From Hyphomicrobiales bacterium (GTDB lineage: Bacteria; Pseudomonadota; Alphaproteobacteria; Rhizobiales; Xanthobacteraceae), in contig PNAI01000034.1 in the NCBI GenBank assembly GCA_003169835.1, forward strand, positions 4,982 to 68,981: DNA of 64,000 nt, written 5' to 3'. Each line of letters opens with the position of its first letter. Position 1 is the stretch's first letter. A program made the translations under genes and the position numbers. Below the pieces are notes generated by a model. It worked only from the letters and a program-made list of their open reading frames with translations. It ran no database searches and was not told the origin of the DNA. Of this stretch, positions 18,213 through 28,136 are shown one piece after another.

Positions 18213-19330
18213 GTTCCCTCTTTGGCGCTACGGTAGACAGCTTCGGCGAATTGCACGTCGCGGATGCCCGCGGCGAAGTCGGCTTTCAGCAGCGCGCCGG
18301 CGGCAATGTGGCGCAAGAAATCTTCCCAGCCGACGCGATAAGGGTTCTTGAAAGGCCCCGCGTCGGCCACTTCGCTCCATTGCGAACGGTAATCGATGCC
18401 GAGATCCTTTGCGATGCTGAAATGCGCGGTCTGCGGCGTCTGCGCGTTGGTCTGCGTCCAGCATCTGTGCAGCCCTGCGAACGCCGATCCCTTGGAGCCA
18501 TCGATTTGAAACGTAAGCAGGTCGTCGCGTCGCAGCCGGGTTGCCCATGAGCTGAAAATGGTTCCGGTCGCGCCATTCTCCAGTTCGACCAAGACGGAAG
18601 CCGTATCCTCGACATCGACCTTGTATTGCACGCCTCGCTCATCAATCCGCTCGGGCGCGGCGGTGGACAATTGCGCTGTCACGCGGCGCATCCGGCCCAA
18701 TATTCCCTCGATCATGTAGCGCCAGTGCGGAAACATATCGAGCACGAGCCCGCCGCCATCCGCCCGCCGGTAGTTCCAGCTCGGCCGTTGCGCGGGCACT
18801 TCGGTGCCATCGAACACCCACCAGCCGAATTCGATGCGAAATCCGGCGATGCGGCCGAAGAAATCGCTCGCCGCAAGCCGCGACAGCTTCACGAGGCCCG
18901 GCAGATAAAGCTTGTCTTCGACCGCGCCAGCCTTAAGCCCGCGTCCCTGAATCGCTTGCAGCAGTTTGTGCCCGTCGGCCGCTGACCTTGCCACCGGCTT
19001 CTCGGAATAGATGTGCTTGCCGGCGGCAATGGCTTTTTCCAGCACGGCTTGGCGCTGATGTGTGGCGGCGGCATCAAAAAAGACGCTGAATTCACGGTCG
19101 GAGAGCGCCGCATCGAGATTGACGGTCCATTCGGCGTCGTAAGTCTTGGCCAGCGCCGCAAGCTTCTCGGCATTACGCCCCGCCAGCATTAGCCGCGGTA
19201 CGATCCGGTCATTGCCGGCCGCAAGCCCGCCTTCCTCCCGGATCGGCACGAGCGCATTCGCGATATGCTGCGTGGAGCAGATGCGCCCAGTGGCGCCATG
19301 CAGAATGATACCGATCGTCGTCACGGCCAT
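18185..19330 (-). CDS. Gfo/Idh/MocA-family oxidoreductase
   Basis: N-terminal Rossmann fold and a YSEKPVA motif. Overlaps the SDR gene by 28 nt. Confidence 0.85.
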   Translation of the reverse strand: MAVTTIGIILHGATGRICSTQHIANALVPIREEGGLAAGNDRIVPRLMLAGRNAEKLAALAKTYDAEWTVNLDAALSDREFSVFFDAAATHQRQAVLEKAIAAGKHIYSEKPVARSAADGHKLLQAIQGRGLKAGAVEDKLYLPGLVKLSRLAASDFFGRIAGFRIEFGWWVFDGTEVPAQRPSWNYRRADGGGLVLDMFPHWRYMIEGILGRMRRVTAQLSTAAPERIDERGVQYKVDVEDTASVLVELENGATGTIFSSWATRLRRDDLLTFQIDGSKGSAFAGLHRCWTQTNAQTPQTAHFSIAKDLGIDYRSQWSEVADAGPFKNPYRVGWEDFLRHIAAGALLKADFAAGIRDVQFAEAVYRSAKEGTWTNLAELS

Positions 19331-19383
19331 GGAAATGGTATACTCGATTTGCCGATATCCATGCCCGCCATATCCAAGTCCTT

Positions 19384-20229
19384 ATGAGAAACCGCGTGCC
19401 GCGCCATTTTGTTTGCCTCACCTTCGACTTCGACACCCAGTCCGGCTTCATCGCGCGCGGCATGACCACGCCGACGCCGCTCTCGCGCGGTGAGTTTGGC
19501 GCGCTCGCATCTCGCCGAATCCTGGACTTTCTCAAGTCGCATGGCATTCGCACGACCTGGTTCATCCCCGGTTTCACGATTGAGAGCTGGCCGAAAGAGT
19601 GTGCGGCGGTGGTCGCGGACGGCCATGAGGTCGCCCATCACTCCTGGGCGCACATACCGCCCGCGACGCAGACGCGCGAGCAGGAGGAGGCCGATCTGGT
19701 CCGCGCCAACGATGCAATCGCGAAGCTCACCGGCCGCAAGGCGCTCGGTTACCGTTCGCCGTCGTGGGACTTGAGCGAGCACACCATCGATCTGCTGGTG
19801 GCGCACGGCTTCATCTACGACTCGAGCCTGATGGGTGCCGATTACATCCCTTATCACGCGCGGCGCGGCGATGTCGCTGAGCTGGGCAAGCCGTACAAAT
19901 TTGGCCAGGAGACCACACTCCTCGAAATGCCGATTTCGTGGTCGCTCGACGACTATCCGCATTTTGAATTCGTGCGCACGCCGCAGACCGTGCTGCCCGG
20001 CCTGCAATCCGCCCGCGCGGTGATGGAAAACTGGCTCGACGAATTTCTCTACATGAAAAAGAGCACCGACTGGGGCGTGCTTACCTACACCATGCATCCC
20101 TATGTCATCGGCCGCGGCTATCGCATGCTGGCGCTGGAGAGTTTCATCGCGCGGCTTGCGAAAGAAGGCGCTGTGTTCCTGCCGATGGAAGCCGCCGCCG
20201 CTGAAGCGAAGGCAAAGGTGTTCAGTTAA
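19384..20229 (+). CDS. Polysaccharide deacetylase (NodB-homology) family protein
   Basis: FVCLTFDFD...TWFIPG...GHEVAHHSWAH are NodB-domain motifs. Confidence 0.8.
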   Translation: MRNRVPRHFVCLTFDFDTQSGFIARGMTTPTPLSRGEFGALASRRILDFLKSHGIRTTWFIPGFTIESWPKECAAVVADGHEVAHHSWAHIPPATQTREQEEADLVRANDAIAKLTGRKALGYRSPSWDLSEHTIDLLVAHGFIYDSSLMGADYIPYHARRGDVAELGKPYKFGQETTLLEMPISWSLDDYPHFEFVRTPQTVLPGLQSARAVMENWLDEFLYMKKSTDWGVLTYTMHPYVIGRGYRMLALESFIARLAKEGAVFLPMEAAAAEAKAKVFS

Positions 20230-20234
20230 TCGCG

Positions 20235-21227
20235 TTACTTCGGCGTGTCGCGATTCAACTGTTCGAGAATCGGGCGCCACGTCTTCTGCTCCGATTGCAC
20301 GAAGGCCGTGACCTCCTCCGGCGACATATGCTTCACAAAAGCGCCGTTCGCCTGGAACTTGCTCCGCACCTCCGGGTCGTCGAGCGCCGCGCGTAGGTCG
20401 GTGTGCACCTTTCGCACGATCGCGTCGGGTGTGCCGTACGGCGCCAGCATCACATTCCACGCACCGACAAAGAAGTTGGGAACAGTCTCGGCGACCGTCG
20501 GCAGGTTTTCGAAACCCGGCAGACGCTCCAGCGAAGTGTCGGCGAGCCCCTTGATCAAGTTGCCCTTGAGCGCGGCTGCGAGCCCGGCATAGGCGTCGAG
20601 GATGAGGTGGACGCGGCCGCTCATGACGTCGTTCATCGCTTGCGCTGGGCCGCCGGCATAAGGCACAAGCTGCAGCTTCACGCCGGTGCGCGCTTGGAAG
20701 AGTTCCATCGTCAGATGCGTGAGCCGTCCGCGCCCGCTTGCGGCATAAGTCAGTTCGCCAGGCTTTTGCTTCGCCAGCTCGATCAGTTGCGCAAGATTGT
20801 TGATGCCGGAGTTGTGCGATGCGCCAATGAACAGCGGCTGCTGTAGCACAAAGCCGATCGACACGAAGTCGCGCGGCAGCTCGATGGGTAAATTCGGCGC
20901 GACGCCCGGCGCACCGGGCAGCGAAAGGAATGGCGAGGTTGCCGGCATGTAGAGCGTGTAGCCGTCGGCTGGCGACTGTGATGCCGCACGCGCCGAAATG
21001 CCGCCGCCTGCGCCCGGCTGGTTCAGCGTAAGGACCTGCTGGCCCCAGATTTTGCTCAACTTGTCGGCAAGGATGCGTGCTGTGGCGTCGTTTGCGCTGC
21101 CTGCCGCTGAATCGACGATAATCTGGACGGTCTTGTTCGGGTAACCGGATTGCGCGCGAACGTCACCTGCGGCGCCGATTGACAGAACGAGCGATGTGAT
21201 CGTGATCCAATGCCAATGCATTTTCAT
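20235..21227 (-). CDS. Bug-family (TctC-like) tripartite tricarboxylate transporter substrate-binding protein
   Basis: Signal peptide, then the YPNKTVQIIV...AGSANDATARILA...NQPGAGG signature. Confidence 0.9.
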   Translation of the reverse strand: MKMHWHWITITSLVLSIGAAGDVRAQSGYPNKTVQIIVDSAAGSANDATARILADKLSKIWGQQVLTLNQPGAGGGISARAASQSPADGYTLYMPATSPFLSLPGAPGVAPNLPIELPRDFVSIGFVLQQPLFIGASHNSGINNLAQLIELAKQKPGELTYAASGRGRLTHLTMELFQARTGVKLQLVPYAGGPAQAMNDVMSGRVHLILDAYAGLAAALKGNLIKGLADTSLERLPGFENLPTVAETVPNFFVGAWNVMLAPYGTPDAIVRKVHTDLRAALDDPEVRSKFQANGAFVKHMSPEEVTAFVQSEQKTWRPILEQLNRDTPK

Positions 21228-21256
21228 GTCGACTCCGTTCGTCTTTGCGATCGATG

Positions 21257-22144
21257 CTACTTCGGCTTCGGCACCTGCTTCACGTACCAGTCGTAGATTT
21301 TCTGGCCGTTCCAGTGCACCACGCCCGGATGCTTGTTGATGTAGGCGTAGATCTGCTCGAAATATTTGATACGGTGCGCGGCGCCGGTGACGTACGGATG
21401 CACACCGATCGCCAGGATGCGGGTGGACTCTTTCGACTCCTGATAGAGCCGGTCGAACGCGTCCTTGGTGCGAGTGAGCAGCACATCGGACTCATGATGA
21501 TGCGACACCATAATTGTAATGTCATTGATCTCCGCACTGTAGGGCACGGAGAGAATTGGTCCGTTCGCGGTTTTGACCCAAAACGGCTGATCGTCGAGCA
21601 CCCAATCGCCGAACCACGTTAGCCCCGCTGCCGTGACATGATCGAGCGTGTCGTACATCTGACCGCGGCCCGGTCCGAGCCAGCCGGTCGGCCGCTTGCC
21701 GGTGAATTTCTCCAGCACCTCGATCGACTTGTTGATGACCTCGCGCTGAGTGTCCGCGATCTGCTGGATTGGCATCTGCACGTAGGAGTGCGCCATGAAT
21801 TCCCAGCCGGCGTCGAGCGCGGCCTTGGTCACTTCGGGATAGGTCTCGCAGACTTTGGCATTGAGCGACATGGTGGGCCGGACGCCGGCTTTCTTGAGCG
21901 CGCGCATCAGCCGCCAGAACCCGACCCGCATGCCGTATTCGTACCAAGTCCAATTCGGCATGTCGGGGATGACGCTCTGGCCCTGCGGCGCGATCGAAAG
22001 CTGGCGCGCCATCGGCCGCGTGATTTCCCATTCCTCGATGTTGACCACCGACCAGACGATCACGCGGCCTTTGCCTGGCAGTTTCAGGCGCGGGCGCGTG
22101 AAGGGCGACGAATAATCGAAACGGTCGCGCGGATAGGTAGGCAT
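21257..22144 (-). CDS. Polysaccharide deacetylase (NodB-homology / PuuE-like) family protein
   Basis: IVWSVVNIEEWE...GWEFMAHSY...ILAIGVHPYVTG pattern of divergent NodB-fold hydrolases. Confidence 0.7.
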   Translation of the reverse strand: MPTYPRDRFDYSSPFTRPRLKLPGKGRVIVWSVVNIEEWEITRPMARQLSIAPQGQSVIPDMPNWTWYEYGMRVGFWRLMRALKKAGVRPTMSLNAKVCETYPEVTKAALDAGWEFMAHSYVQMPIQQIADTQREVINKSIEVLEKFTGKRPTGWLGPGRGQMYDTLDHVTAAGLTWFGDWVLDDQPFWVKTANGPILSVPYSAEINDITIMVSHHHESDVLLTRTKDAFDRLYQESKESTRILAIGVHPYVTGAAHRIKYFEQIYAYINKHPGVVHWNGQKIYDWYVKQVPKPK

Positions 22145-22192
22145 GTCGTTCCTGTGTCGCTGTTGGGAGGCGATTCTTGGAACAGTAAGGCT

Positions 22193-23356
22193 TCAATCGT
22201 CCCGCGCAAGCCGCAAGATCGCCAGCGTAAGCGCCTGTGCGCGCGGCACCAACGTTTCGATCTCCATGTACTCGTCGGGCGAATGGACGCGCCCGCCGAC
22301 CGGACCGACGCCGCAGATGGTCGGTACGCCGGTCGCCGCTGCGAATCCGGAATCGGCGCAGCCGCCGGTGAATTCCGCTGGCACCTCGCGGCCAAGCTCA
22401 CGCGCGCACGCGGCATAGTGTTGATAGAGACCCTTGCCGTCGCCGGTTTCCACCAGCGGCAAGAACTCGCCGGTAATCTCAAGCTTGGTGCGCGTGCCGG
22501 GCACGTAGGAATTCGCCATGATGGCTTCGACTTTCGCCATGGTCGCGGCGCGGTCGGCCGGCGTGATAAAACGCAGATCAACCTCGCCGCGCGCGGAGGG
22601 TGCAACCGTGTTGACGGTCTGACCTCCGGAAACCACGCCGACATTGAGCGTGATTCCCGTCGGCACATCCGTCAGCGCATGCAGCGCGAGCGTCTTGTGC
22701 GCGAGCTCTCCGATGGCGCTGATGCCTTGATCGAAGTTCGCGCCGGAATGCGCCGCCTTGCCGGTGATCTCAAACCGCATGAACACGCCGCCCTTGCGGC
22801 CGGTGACGACCGCGCCGCTCGCGCGGCCGGGCTCGGAGTTGAACACCGTCCGCGCCCCGCGTGAATAGCGCTCGATGACCGCGCGCGAAAATGGCGATCC
22901 GATCTCCTCGTCGCCTGTGAACAAAGCGGTGACAGCCGCAGGCGCTCCGCCGAATTTCTTCATCGCCGCGAGCACAAAGCAATTCATCACCAAGCCGGCC
23001 TTCATGTCGGCAACGCCCGGCCCAAAGGCGCGCGGCCCATCAATGCGGAACGGCCGCCGCGCCGCCTCGCCTTTCGGGAAAACGGTATCGCGGTGACCCA
23101 TCAACAGGATGTTTCGATTCGCGCCATTCCCGACGGTCGCGCCTATGGCATCGCCAAAGCGCGTGTCAGACGTGGCCTCACAGGCGATCCCATGCTGCGA
23201 AAGGAAATCGCGAATGTGCCCGCCGACCGCATCCACGCCTGGCTTGTCGTAACTATTGCTGTCGGTGTTCACCAGAGTTTCCAGCAGCGCCAGCATAGCG
23301 CCATGCTGGCCGGCCAGCCAATCCAGTACCGGGCGTTCCACGGCCGAGGCTGTCAC
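22193..23356 (-). CDS. M20-family metallopeptidase (glutamate carboxypeptidase / CPG2-like)
   Basis: LLMGHRDTVFP...GPGVADMKAG...FTGDEEIGS motifs. Confidence 0.85.
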   Translation of the reverse strand: MTASAVERPVLDWLAGQHGAMLALLETLVNTDSNSYDKPGVDAVGGHIRDFLSQHGIACEATSDTRFGDAIGATVGNGANRNILLMGHRDTVFPKGEAARRPFRIDGPRAFGPGVADMKAGLVMNCFVLAAMKKFGGAPAAVTALFTGDEEIGSPFSRAVIERYSRGARTVFNSEPGRASGAVVTGRKGGVFMRFEITGKAAHSGANFDQGISAIGELAHKTLALHALTDVPTGITLNVGVVSGGQTVNTVAPSARGEVDLRFITPADRAATMAKVEAIMANSYVPGTRTKLEITGEFLPLVETGDGKGLYQHYAACARELGREVPAEFTGGCADSGFAAATGVPTICGVGPVGGRVHSPDEYMEIETLVPRAQALTLAILRLARDD

Positions 23357-23375
23357 GATGTCCTCATACCCGCGT

Positions 23376-24365
23376 TTAGCGCTTTTCCAGCGGCGTATGG
23401 CCGGTCAGCCTGGCGAGTTCCGCCTGCCGGATGAGTTCGCGGCGCATGAATTCGGCAAATTTTTCCGGCGTATTGTCACTCGGGATGGTCATTCCGAGCG
23501 GCTCGATCCGCTTGCGGAACGACGCAGAATTGATGCTGTCGTTGAGATGCTTGTTGAGAAACGCAATGATCGGCGCCGGTGTTTTTGGCGGTGACGCAAG
23601 GCCGACGAATCCGGCGTGCTCGACGCCGGGGAAGCCTTGCTCGGCCATGGTGGGAATCTCAGTCCAGTTGGCGACGCGCTTTGCACTCGCAACCGCGAGC
23701 GCGCGTACCTTTCCGTCCTCGTGCAGCGGTCTGGCGTTGGAATAAAACACGAAGGCTGCCTGCACTTCGCCGGTGACGACTGCGGCTGCCGCGGGAGCAC
23801 TGCCGCGATAGGGCACGTCGACGATCTTCGTACCGGCAAGCGCATTGAGCTGCGTGACCGCGATCGCCGGGGAAGTCGCGGGACCCGAAGTCCCGAAGCT
23901 GATCTTGCTCGGATTCGCCTTGGCATCGGCAATGAGTTCAGCGACCGTCTTATACGGCAGCTTGCCGTTGACGATGAGCACCAGCGGCGGCCCATCGGTG
24001 ACCATGCCGATCAGTGAAAAATCCTTCACCGGATCGTAGGGCACCGGCAGGTAATGCAGGTTCTGCACATCGGCGAGTGCGCTCACGAGCAGCGTGTATC
24101 CGTCCGGTTCTGCCCGCCAGACATAGGTTGCGCCGGTGACGCCCGACGCGCCCGGCTTGTTCTCGACCACAACGGACTGCCCGATCCGCTCTTGCATTTC
24201 GGCCGCGAGAATGCGCCCCGGAACATCGGAAAGTCCGCCCGGCGCGAACGGCACCACGAACGTGACCGCCCGGTTAGGATATTGCTGCGCCTGCGCACCG
24301 ACAGCCGATATCGCGCCGATGAGGAGACCGCAGAAAATGATCCGAGAGAGCGGACGTATCGTCAT
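23376..24365 (-). CDS. Bug-family (TctC-like) substrate-binding protein
   Basis: Signal peptide, then YPNRAVTFVVPFAPGGLSDVPGRILA...ENKPGASG. Confidence 0.9.
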   Translation of the reverse strand: MTIRPLSRIIFCGLLIGAISAVGAQAQQYPNRAVTFVVPFAPGGLSDVPGRILAAEMQERIGQSVVVENKPGASGVTGATYVWRAEPDGYTLLVSALADVQNLHYLPVPYDPVKDFSLIGMVTDGPPLVLIVNGKLPYKTVAELIADAKANPSKISFGTSGPATSPAIAVTQLNALAGTKIVDVPYRGSAPAAAAVVTGEVQAAFVFYSNARPLHEDGKVRALAVASAKRVANWTEIPTMAEQGFPGVEHAGFVGLASPPKTPAPIIAFLNKHLNDSINSASFRKRIEPLGMTIPSDNTPEKFAEFMRRELIRQAELARLTGHTPLEKR

Positions 24366-24448
24366 GTAATGCTCCTAATTTTACGCGGCCGGCGTGCCAA
24401 TGCGAAGTTTAACATCACGCGCGCCGCGTGCCGAAGAACAATCTAGCT

Positions 24449-25717
24449 TCATGGCGCTTTGCGATTGCATAGGTCTAATGCTGCGGCGAGATAGATCTTT
24501 GCGGCGGCGACGCAATCGTCGACCAGCACATGCTCGCCAAATGCGTGCATGGAGGCCCCGCGTGTATCCGGATGCATGCGCCCGCCGGGCCCGAACGCGA
24601 TGCAGGGCACGCCATAGGCGGTCAGATGCACGGCGTCCGCGCCCGGCCGCCGGATGATCGAGGCCGGTCGGTCGCCCGTGATGTGTTTTTGCGCCATGCC
24701 CATCGCCTGAATGACGGGCAACGATTCATCCAGCACGGTCGGCGGATCGCTGACGTAGACATGCATGACGGGCTCCGGTTTGCCGGTGCGCTCGGCAAAG
24801 CTGCGAAGCACGCGGCGCAAGTCGCGCTTGACGGTATCGACGCTTTGACTCGGCACGGTCCGGACATCGAGATAGAGACTGCAATCGTGCGGATTGCGCG
24901 ACAGCCGCCACGGCGCTCCGCCACGGATTGCAGCAATCGTCACATTGGGATGCTCACCCATATGAACATGCGCGGCTTCGTAATCGCGCGCCCACTTCGC
25001 GATGTCGCTTTGCAGCTCGTGCATGACCGCGATGGCGTTGACGACGTTCGGTCTGTTCGCCATGGCCGAATGCGCAACCGTCCCGCCCACCGTGATGCGC
25101 AGCCAGATCACGCCCATGTTCGCGGAGGCGATCCGCATGCCGGTCGGTTCGGCAAGCACCGCAAAGTCTGCGGTGACGCCGTGTGTCACGAGATGGCGAG
25201 TGCCGATGCCGTAGCCGGAATATTCAATGCCCTGGAATTCCTCGATGGCCGTCTTCTCGATCTCGCCCACGACCGCGCCGAATGAGATGTCGCCCTCAAG
25301 CTTGATGCCGGCCTTCACGATAGCCTCGATGGCGATCAGCGCCGAGGCCAATCCGCTTTTCATGTTGTTGGCGCCAAGCCCCCAGATCCAACCGTCGCGG
25401 AATACTGCTTTGGGCTTAAATCCGTCGCCCGAAAGGTGTTCCTCGTCGCCCGAATACGACGTGTCCATATGGCCGGTGAAAAGGAGATTAAGTCCATCTC
25501 CGCGACCGCGCAGATGACCCACCGCATTTGGCCGCCCCGCATCGACCAGCGGCAGGTCGGTCTCCATGCCGGATTTGCGCATGCGCGCGACGAGATACTG
25601 CGCGACGCCGATCTCATTGCCAGTTGCACTGGGGATATTGACGAGGTCCATCAGGACATCGCGCACATTTTCGGCCGTGATGTGGGCGGCAGCCTTGGCG
25701 AAGTCGGGATGCATCAT
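24449..25717 (-). CDS. M20-family metallohydrolase (ArgE/DapE-like)
   Basis: LLFTGHMDT...GLGANNMKSG motifs. Start refined to the ATG at 25717 (MMHPDFAK), preceded by AGGAG. The ORF is open to 25825. Confidence 0.85.
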   Translation of the reverse strand: MMHPDFAKAAAHITAENVRDVLMDLVNIPSATGNEIGVAQYLVARMRKSGMETDLPLVDAGRPNAVGHLRGRGDGLNLLFTGHMDTSYSGDEEHLSGDGFKPKAVFRDGWIWGLGANNMKSGLASALIAIEAIVKAGIKLEGDISFGAVVGEIEKTAIEEFQGIEYSGYGIGTRHLVTHGVTADFAVLAEPTGMRIASANMGVIWLRITVGGTVAHSAMANRPNVVNAIAVMHELQSDIAKWARDYEAAHVHMGEHPNVTIAAIRGGAPWRLSRNPHDCSLYLDVRTVPSQSVDTVKRDLRRVLRSFAERTGKPEPVMHVYVSDPPTVLDESLPVIQAMGMAQKHITGDRPASIIRRPGADAVHLTAYGVPCIAFGPGGRMHPDTRGASMHAFGEHVLVDDCVAAAKIYLAAALDLCNRKAP

Positions 25718-25865
25718 TAAGGGCTCCTGGCGGGCCTTGATCGTAGTCGGCGCGGAATGCAATGCACAAGTGCGATGCGATGGTATGCCGTCGAGCCGCT
25801 TGTTTTGGCCGGCCCGCCATCTCATTCTGAGCCTATGCTAGGATGATCCCGGAACCGGAGTATTC

Positions 25866-26957
25866 ATGCCTTCCAATCGCGTCAAAGTCGGAATCGTAGG
25901 CCTCGGCCGCTGGGCCAAAGTGCTCACCCGCGCGTCCCGCCAATCGGAAGTGCTGGAGATCGTCGCAGGTTTCAGCCGCACCGAGGAAAAGCGGGTCGCA
26001 TTCCAGCGCGAACTCGGCGTTGCGGCCGTATCTGATCTTGCGCATATGCTCGCCGACCCCGAGATCAAAGGCGTCATCCTCACCGTACCGAACGAGCAGC
26101 ATCTGCCGCTTGCGCGCGAAGTCGCCAAGGCGGGCAAGCACGTCTACACCGAAAAACCGATCGCCAGCACGCTCGAGGAAGGGCTCGAAATCGAAGCGCT
26201 TGAAAAAACTTATGGCGTAACCGTCACCGTCGGCCACAGCGCCCGGCTCATGGCGGGCATTCGCAAGATTCGCGAGGCCGCCGACTCGGGCGAACTCGGC
26301 CGCGTCGCATTCATCGAGGCGAATTTCTCCAACGAGCGCGCGCTTGAGCTCACGCCCATGGCCTGGCGCTGGTACAAGGACAAGGCGCCCGGCGGGCCGC
26401 TGTCACAACTCGCCATTCACCAGTTCGACGTGCTGCATTATCTCGGCGGCGAGATCGTCGAGGCAAGCTCGATGGCCTCGAAGTTGTCCCCGGTCGGCGC
26501 CGAGGTCGACGATCAATCGATGACGATGCTCAGGTTCGCCGACGGCAAGATCGGCTATGTCGGCGCCTCATGGACGTCGCCAGGCATATTCGCCGTTCGC
26601 GTGTTCGGCTCGAAAGGGCTCATGCACTACGAAATTGACTTCGGAACCTGGGACACGCCGGAAAAAATACACGAGACCTCGACGCTCTATATCCAGCGCG
26701 GCAAGGACGGTTACGGCAAACGCGAAGAGTTGAAGGTTCCCCAAAGCGATATGTTCCGCGCCGAGCTTGAGATGTTTGCTGAGAGCTGCCGCACCGGCAA
26801 ACCCAATGAGCTGTCGGCGCGCAGCGGCAACGTCGCCATCGCCATCGTCTACGCGGCGCTGCGCTCGATCGAGCAACAGGGCCGCGCGGTGCGCATCGAT
26901 GACGTGATTGCGGAATCCCATCGCAAGCTCGCAGAAAGAAGCCGCCATGTTGCCTAG
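25866..26957 (+). CDS. Gfo/Idh/MocA-family oxidoreductase
   Basis: VKVGIVGLGRWA...YTEKPIA motifs. Confidence 0.85.
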   Translation: MPSNRVKVGIVGLGRWAKVLTRASRQSEVLEIVAGFSRTEEKRVAFQRELGVAAVSDLAHMLADPEIKGVILTVPNEQHLPLAREVAKAGKHVYTEKPIASTLEEGLEIEALEKTYGVTVTVGHSARLMAGIRKIREAADSGELGRVAFIEANFSNERALELTPMAWRWYKDKAPGGPLSQLAIHQFDVLHYLGGEIVEASSMASKLSPVGAEVDDQSMTMLRFADGKIGYVGASWTSPGIFAVRVFGSKGLMHYEIDFGTWDTPEKIHETSTLYIQRGKDGYGKREELKVPQSDMFRAELEMFAESCRTGKPNELSARSGNVAIAIVYAALRSIEQQGRAVRIDDVIAESHRKLAERSRHVA

Positions 26958-27750
26958 CCGCTATTTTGCCGATCTCACGCAGCCGGAAATCGCCGCGCAA
27001 TTCAAAAAAAATCCGCTGGTGATCCTGCCCTGCGGCAGTATCGAGCAGCACGGGCCCCATCTGCCCACCGGCACGGATACCTTCGCCGCCAACGTCATTG
27101 GTCATGCCGTCGCTGTGCGCATGGACGGGCTCGTGCTTCCTGCGACGCCGTTCGGCGTAACGCCGATGCACATGCCGTTCGAAGGCACAATCACGCTGAG
27201 CCCCGACACTTATATGCGGGTGGCGATCGAGACCTGCATGTCGACCGCCAAGCACGGCGCAAAGTATCTGCTGATCCTCAATTGGCACGAGGGCAACATT
27301 CCCTCGCTCGCGATCGCTGCGGAATCGCTGCATCGCGACCACGGCATGACGGTGCTCACCGTGCAGGCCTGCTATGTGGCAGAGGAGTTGTACGGACATT
27401 CCTGCAACGGCCTTACCCATGGCGGCGAGATCGAGGCGCTTGCCGTGCTGGCGTTTCGGCCTGAGCTCGTTCATCTCGATCGCATCGACAATTCGTCCGA
27501 TCACACCCACGGCCACAAGATGGACAAGCTGCGCCGCACCCGCACCTTCCAGCCGGTGCTGACTGATATCCGCTCGATCGCGCCGACCGGCTGGTTCGGC
27601 AGCCCGCAGCACGCGAGCGCAGAAAAAGGCCAGAAAATGCTGGTCGATATTTCCGATGCCATCGCGCGCTACGCACGCGAGATCTTCCGCCAGCTCGACA
27701 CGGTTCAGGGCGGCACGGCGGAGATTAAGCACCTGCGGCAGGTCCGCTGA
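26947..27750 (+). CDS. Creatininase-family amidohydrolase
   Basis: LPCGSIEQHGPHLPTGTD signature. Start refined to the ATG at 26947, overlapping the upstream stop by 11 nt. Confidence 0.85.
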   Translation: MLPSRYFADLTQPEIAAQFKKNPLVILPCGSIEQHGPHLPTGTDTFAANVIGHAVAVRMDGLVLPATPFGVTPMHMPFEGTITLSPDTYMRVAIETCMSTAKHGAKYLLILNWHEGNIPSLAIAAESLHRDHGMTVLTVQACYVAEELYGHSCNGLTHGGEIEALAVLAFRPELVHLDRIDNSSDHTHGHKMDKLRRTRTFQPVLTDIRSIAPTGWFGSPQHASAEKGQKMLVDISDAIARYAREIFRQLDTVQGGTAEIKHLRQVR

Positions 27751-28124
27751 TGGCGCGGCTGCTCAAGCAAGCGCAAGCCAAGCGCCTGGGGCTGCCCGGG
27801 CGCACTTCGCTTGAGCTGGTGTCAGGCGAGATCGGATCGCGCGTGAGTTTTCGCATCGCCGAAATTCAGCCTGCCAAGCCCGGCGACAAGCCGCGCGGGC
27901 CGCATCTGCACGACGGCTTCGAGGAATGCATCTATGTGCTCAAAGGGACAGGAACGACCGTGGCCGAGAGCGGCGAGATCCCGATCCAGTCAGGTGATAT
28001 CGTGCTCATCCCGCCGAACGAAAAGCACATGACGCGCAACACCGGAACTGAGCCGCTCGTTCTGTTGTGCTTTTTCGCCGAACCCAACGTGAGCGCACGC
28101 ACCATAGAATTTTCGAGTTTTTGA
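27750..28124 (+). CDS. Cupin-domain protein
   Basis: 124 aa. The HLHDGFEECIYVLKGTG...GDIVLIPPNEKH two-motif cupin pattern. The start overlaps the upstream stop. Confidence 0.8.
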   Translation: MARLLKQAQAKRLGLPGRTSLELVSGEIGSRVSFRIAEIQPAKPGDKPRGPHLHDGFEECIYVLKGTGTTVAESGEIPIQSGDIVLIPPNEKHMTRNTGTEPLVLLCFFAEPNVSARTIEFSSF

Positions 28125-28136
28125 GTCCATCATCCG

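Noticed and set aside
19321-20460. 379-aa minus-strand ORF
   Set aside because: It lies antisense to the NodB-type deacetylase (19384..20229) and overlaps the end of the Bug gene. Its Arg-rich composition is artefactual.
21638-22864. 408-aa plus-strand ORF
   Set aside because: It lies antisense to the deacetylase (21257..22144) and the M20 peptidase (22193..23356). It crosses their intergenic gap and has no motifs.
26620-27732. 370-aa minus-strand ORF
   Set aside because: It lies antisense to the Gfo/Idh/MocA and creatininase genes, both of which carry diagnostic motifs.
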